NCBI GenBank assembly: GCA_965215005.1 | Contig: CBDCCZ010000017.1 | Location: forward strand, 28,221 to 92,220 | DNA length: 64,000 bases | Source: Kofleriaceae bacterium | GTDB taxonomy: Bacteria; Myxococcota_A; Polyangia; Haliangiales; Haliangiaceae | Direction: 5' to 3' | Shown here: piece after piece, positions 63,079 through 64,000 of the stretch | Numbering within the stretch: the stretch's first letter is position 1 | Layout: every line of letters begins with the position of its first letter | The notes under the pieces: generated by a model | Seen by the model: the letters and a program-made list of their open reading frames with translations, nothing else | The model's database searches: none | Told to the model about the DNA's origin: nothing | Made by a program: the position numbers and the translations under genes

Positions 63079-63738
63079 TCACGTCGTGTCTTCTTCCATG
63101 GCGGGGGCGCCGTGGCTTGCGAGCCAGCCAGGCGCCGGTAGCCCGAGCCTGTGGCGCATTCCGGGCGACGACGATGAGAACGGGTCGACGAAGCCCGCGG
63201 GCAGCTTGCGCCCGCGCTCGGCGGCATGCTTGCAGTAGTTGCGCTTGATGTACTCGCGGACGCGTACCATCTCGGTGGGCGTTCGCAGCACGTGAGCGTG
63301 GTAGCGATCGCCGAGCACCGGACCGCGCTTGCCCATCATCTTGTTGAGGCCGCGGGCAAGGCGCACCGATAAGCCCTTCATCGCGCGGGAGAGCGCGGCG
63401 TCATCGCGCGTCTCGGCGAGCAGATGCACGTGGTTGCCCTGCACCGAGAACTCGAGAATCTTCGTGCCTAGGTGATTGCTAGCGGCAAACAGCGCCTGCT
63501 GGATGACCCGGAACGACCGCTTGCTGCGCAGGTTGTAGACATGAGACGCCATGCGAAGCGTGACGTGCACCGGCGTGGGTCGTCGGATGCGCGCACGCGG
63601 CGCGTGGGACACCCCTGCGCGTTTGCCCGCCGGCTTGCGCCCAGCACCGGCGCGCTTGCCGCCCCAGGTGCGAAACACGAACGCTTCCTGCCGGTGTCGC
63701 TTCCTGGGACGCTTCCTTTTGACCTTCGTGCCCGTCAT
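63079..63738 (-). mobile_element. REP-associated tyrosine transposase-like (HUH/Y1, IS200-related RAYT) gene
   Basis: PVHVTLR, FSVQGNHVHLL (HUH), RYH, EYIKRN (catalytic Tyr); N-terminal WGGKRAGAGRKP. Confidence 0.88.
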
Positions 63739-63871
63739 CTTCAATTGGCAGACAATTTCTCACGCGCGTCTGACATTCCCGAAGCACGACCGACGCCAGG
63801 AGAGTGCAGACCCAGCGCGGCGATCGCAGGGTAAAGGAGGGCCGGCCGCGCCTGGCGACGACCTGCGCCTG

Positions 63872-63902
63872 GCGCGTCTCGGCGAGCAGATGCACGTGGT
63901 TG
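63872..63902 (-). repeat. 31-bp exact copy of the RAYT HUH-coding segment
   Basis: GCGCGTCTCGGCGAGCAGATGCACGTGGTTG is identical to 63406-63436 (encodes NHVHLLAETR). Confidence 0.9.
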
Positions 63903-64000
63903 TCTTGCAGTAGCCGTTCACGGCCGGTGTTGAATCAGCGGAGCGGCGATGGGAGTTGGTGGACATGAATCAAGCAAATCGAGCACTGGTCGAGCAGATT

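Noticed and set aside
62591..63717. RAYT direct repeat as a diversity-generating retroelement template/variable repeat pair
   Set aside because: The differences are not adenine-specific and include deletions, and no reverse transcriptase is present.

Overview
GC-rich bacterial chromosomal segment, most likely from Myxococcota. This assignment rests on several large Ser/Thr kinase-ATPase-TPR proteins, many small lipoproteins, a split hemL-atpZIBE operon and a 'WGGKRAGAGRKP'-type RAYT. Bases 1-13 kb are housekeeping: YyaL-like thioredoxin protein, gyrA, hemL, atpZ/I/B/E, moaC, glmS and tRNA-Gly. About 13-34.4 kb looks accessory. It holds an AT-hook/coiled-coil protein, a TonB receptor-YfiR-hybrid kinase operon, a PQQ dehydrogenase with a PqqU-like receptor, a kinase-ATPase, a sulfoquinovosidase-like GH31 lipoprotein, and a 13-repeat Calx-beta/cadherin-like lipoprotein followed by three hairpins. 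The 34.6-62.5 kb part is mixed: SUI1, frameshifted fbp, kinases, App1, DksA-like, cobU, an AAC4-like lipoprotein, a phosphoesterase, a DEDDh exonuclease, fumC, a TetR-TolC-MFP-RND pump, SCO, DUF368, YrbG, a frameshifted Na/Pi transporter and a DUF455 + ATP-grasp pair. The window ends in a RAYT (HUH-Y1) gene surrounded by rearranged pieces of itself: a degenerate 5' copy, an inverted leader copy, and a 31-bp piece that abuts the degenerate copy exactly at the HUH codons. That locus is the most structurally unusual feature. All calls come from motif recognition by eye; no searches were run.
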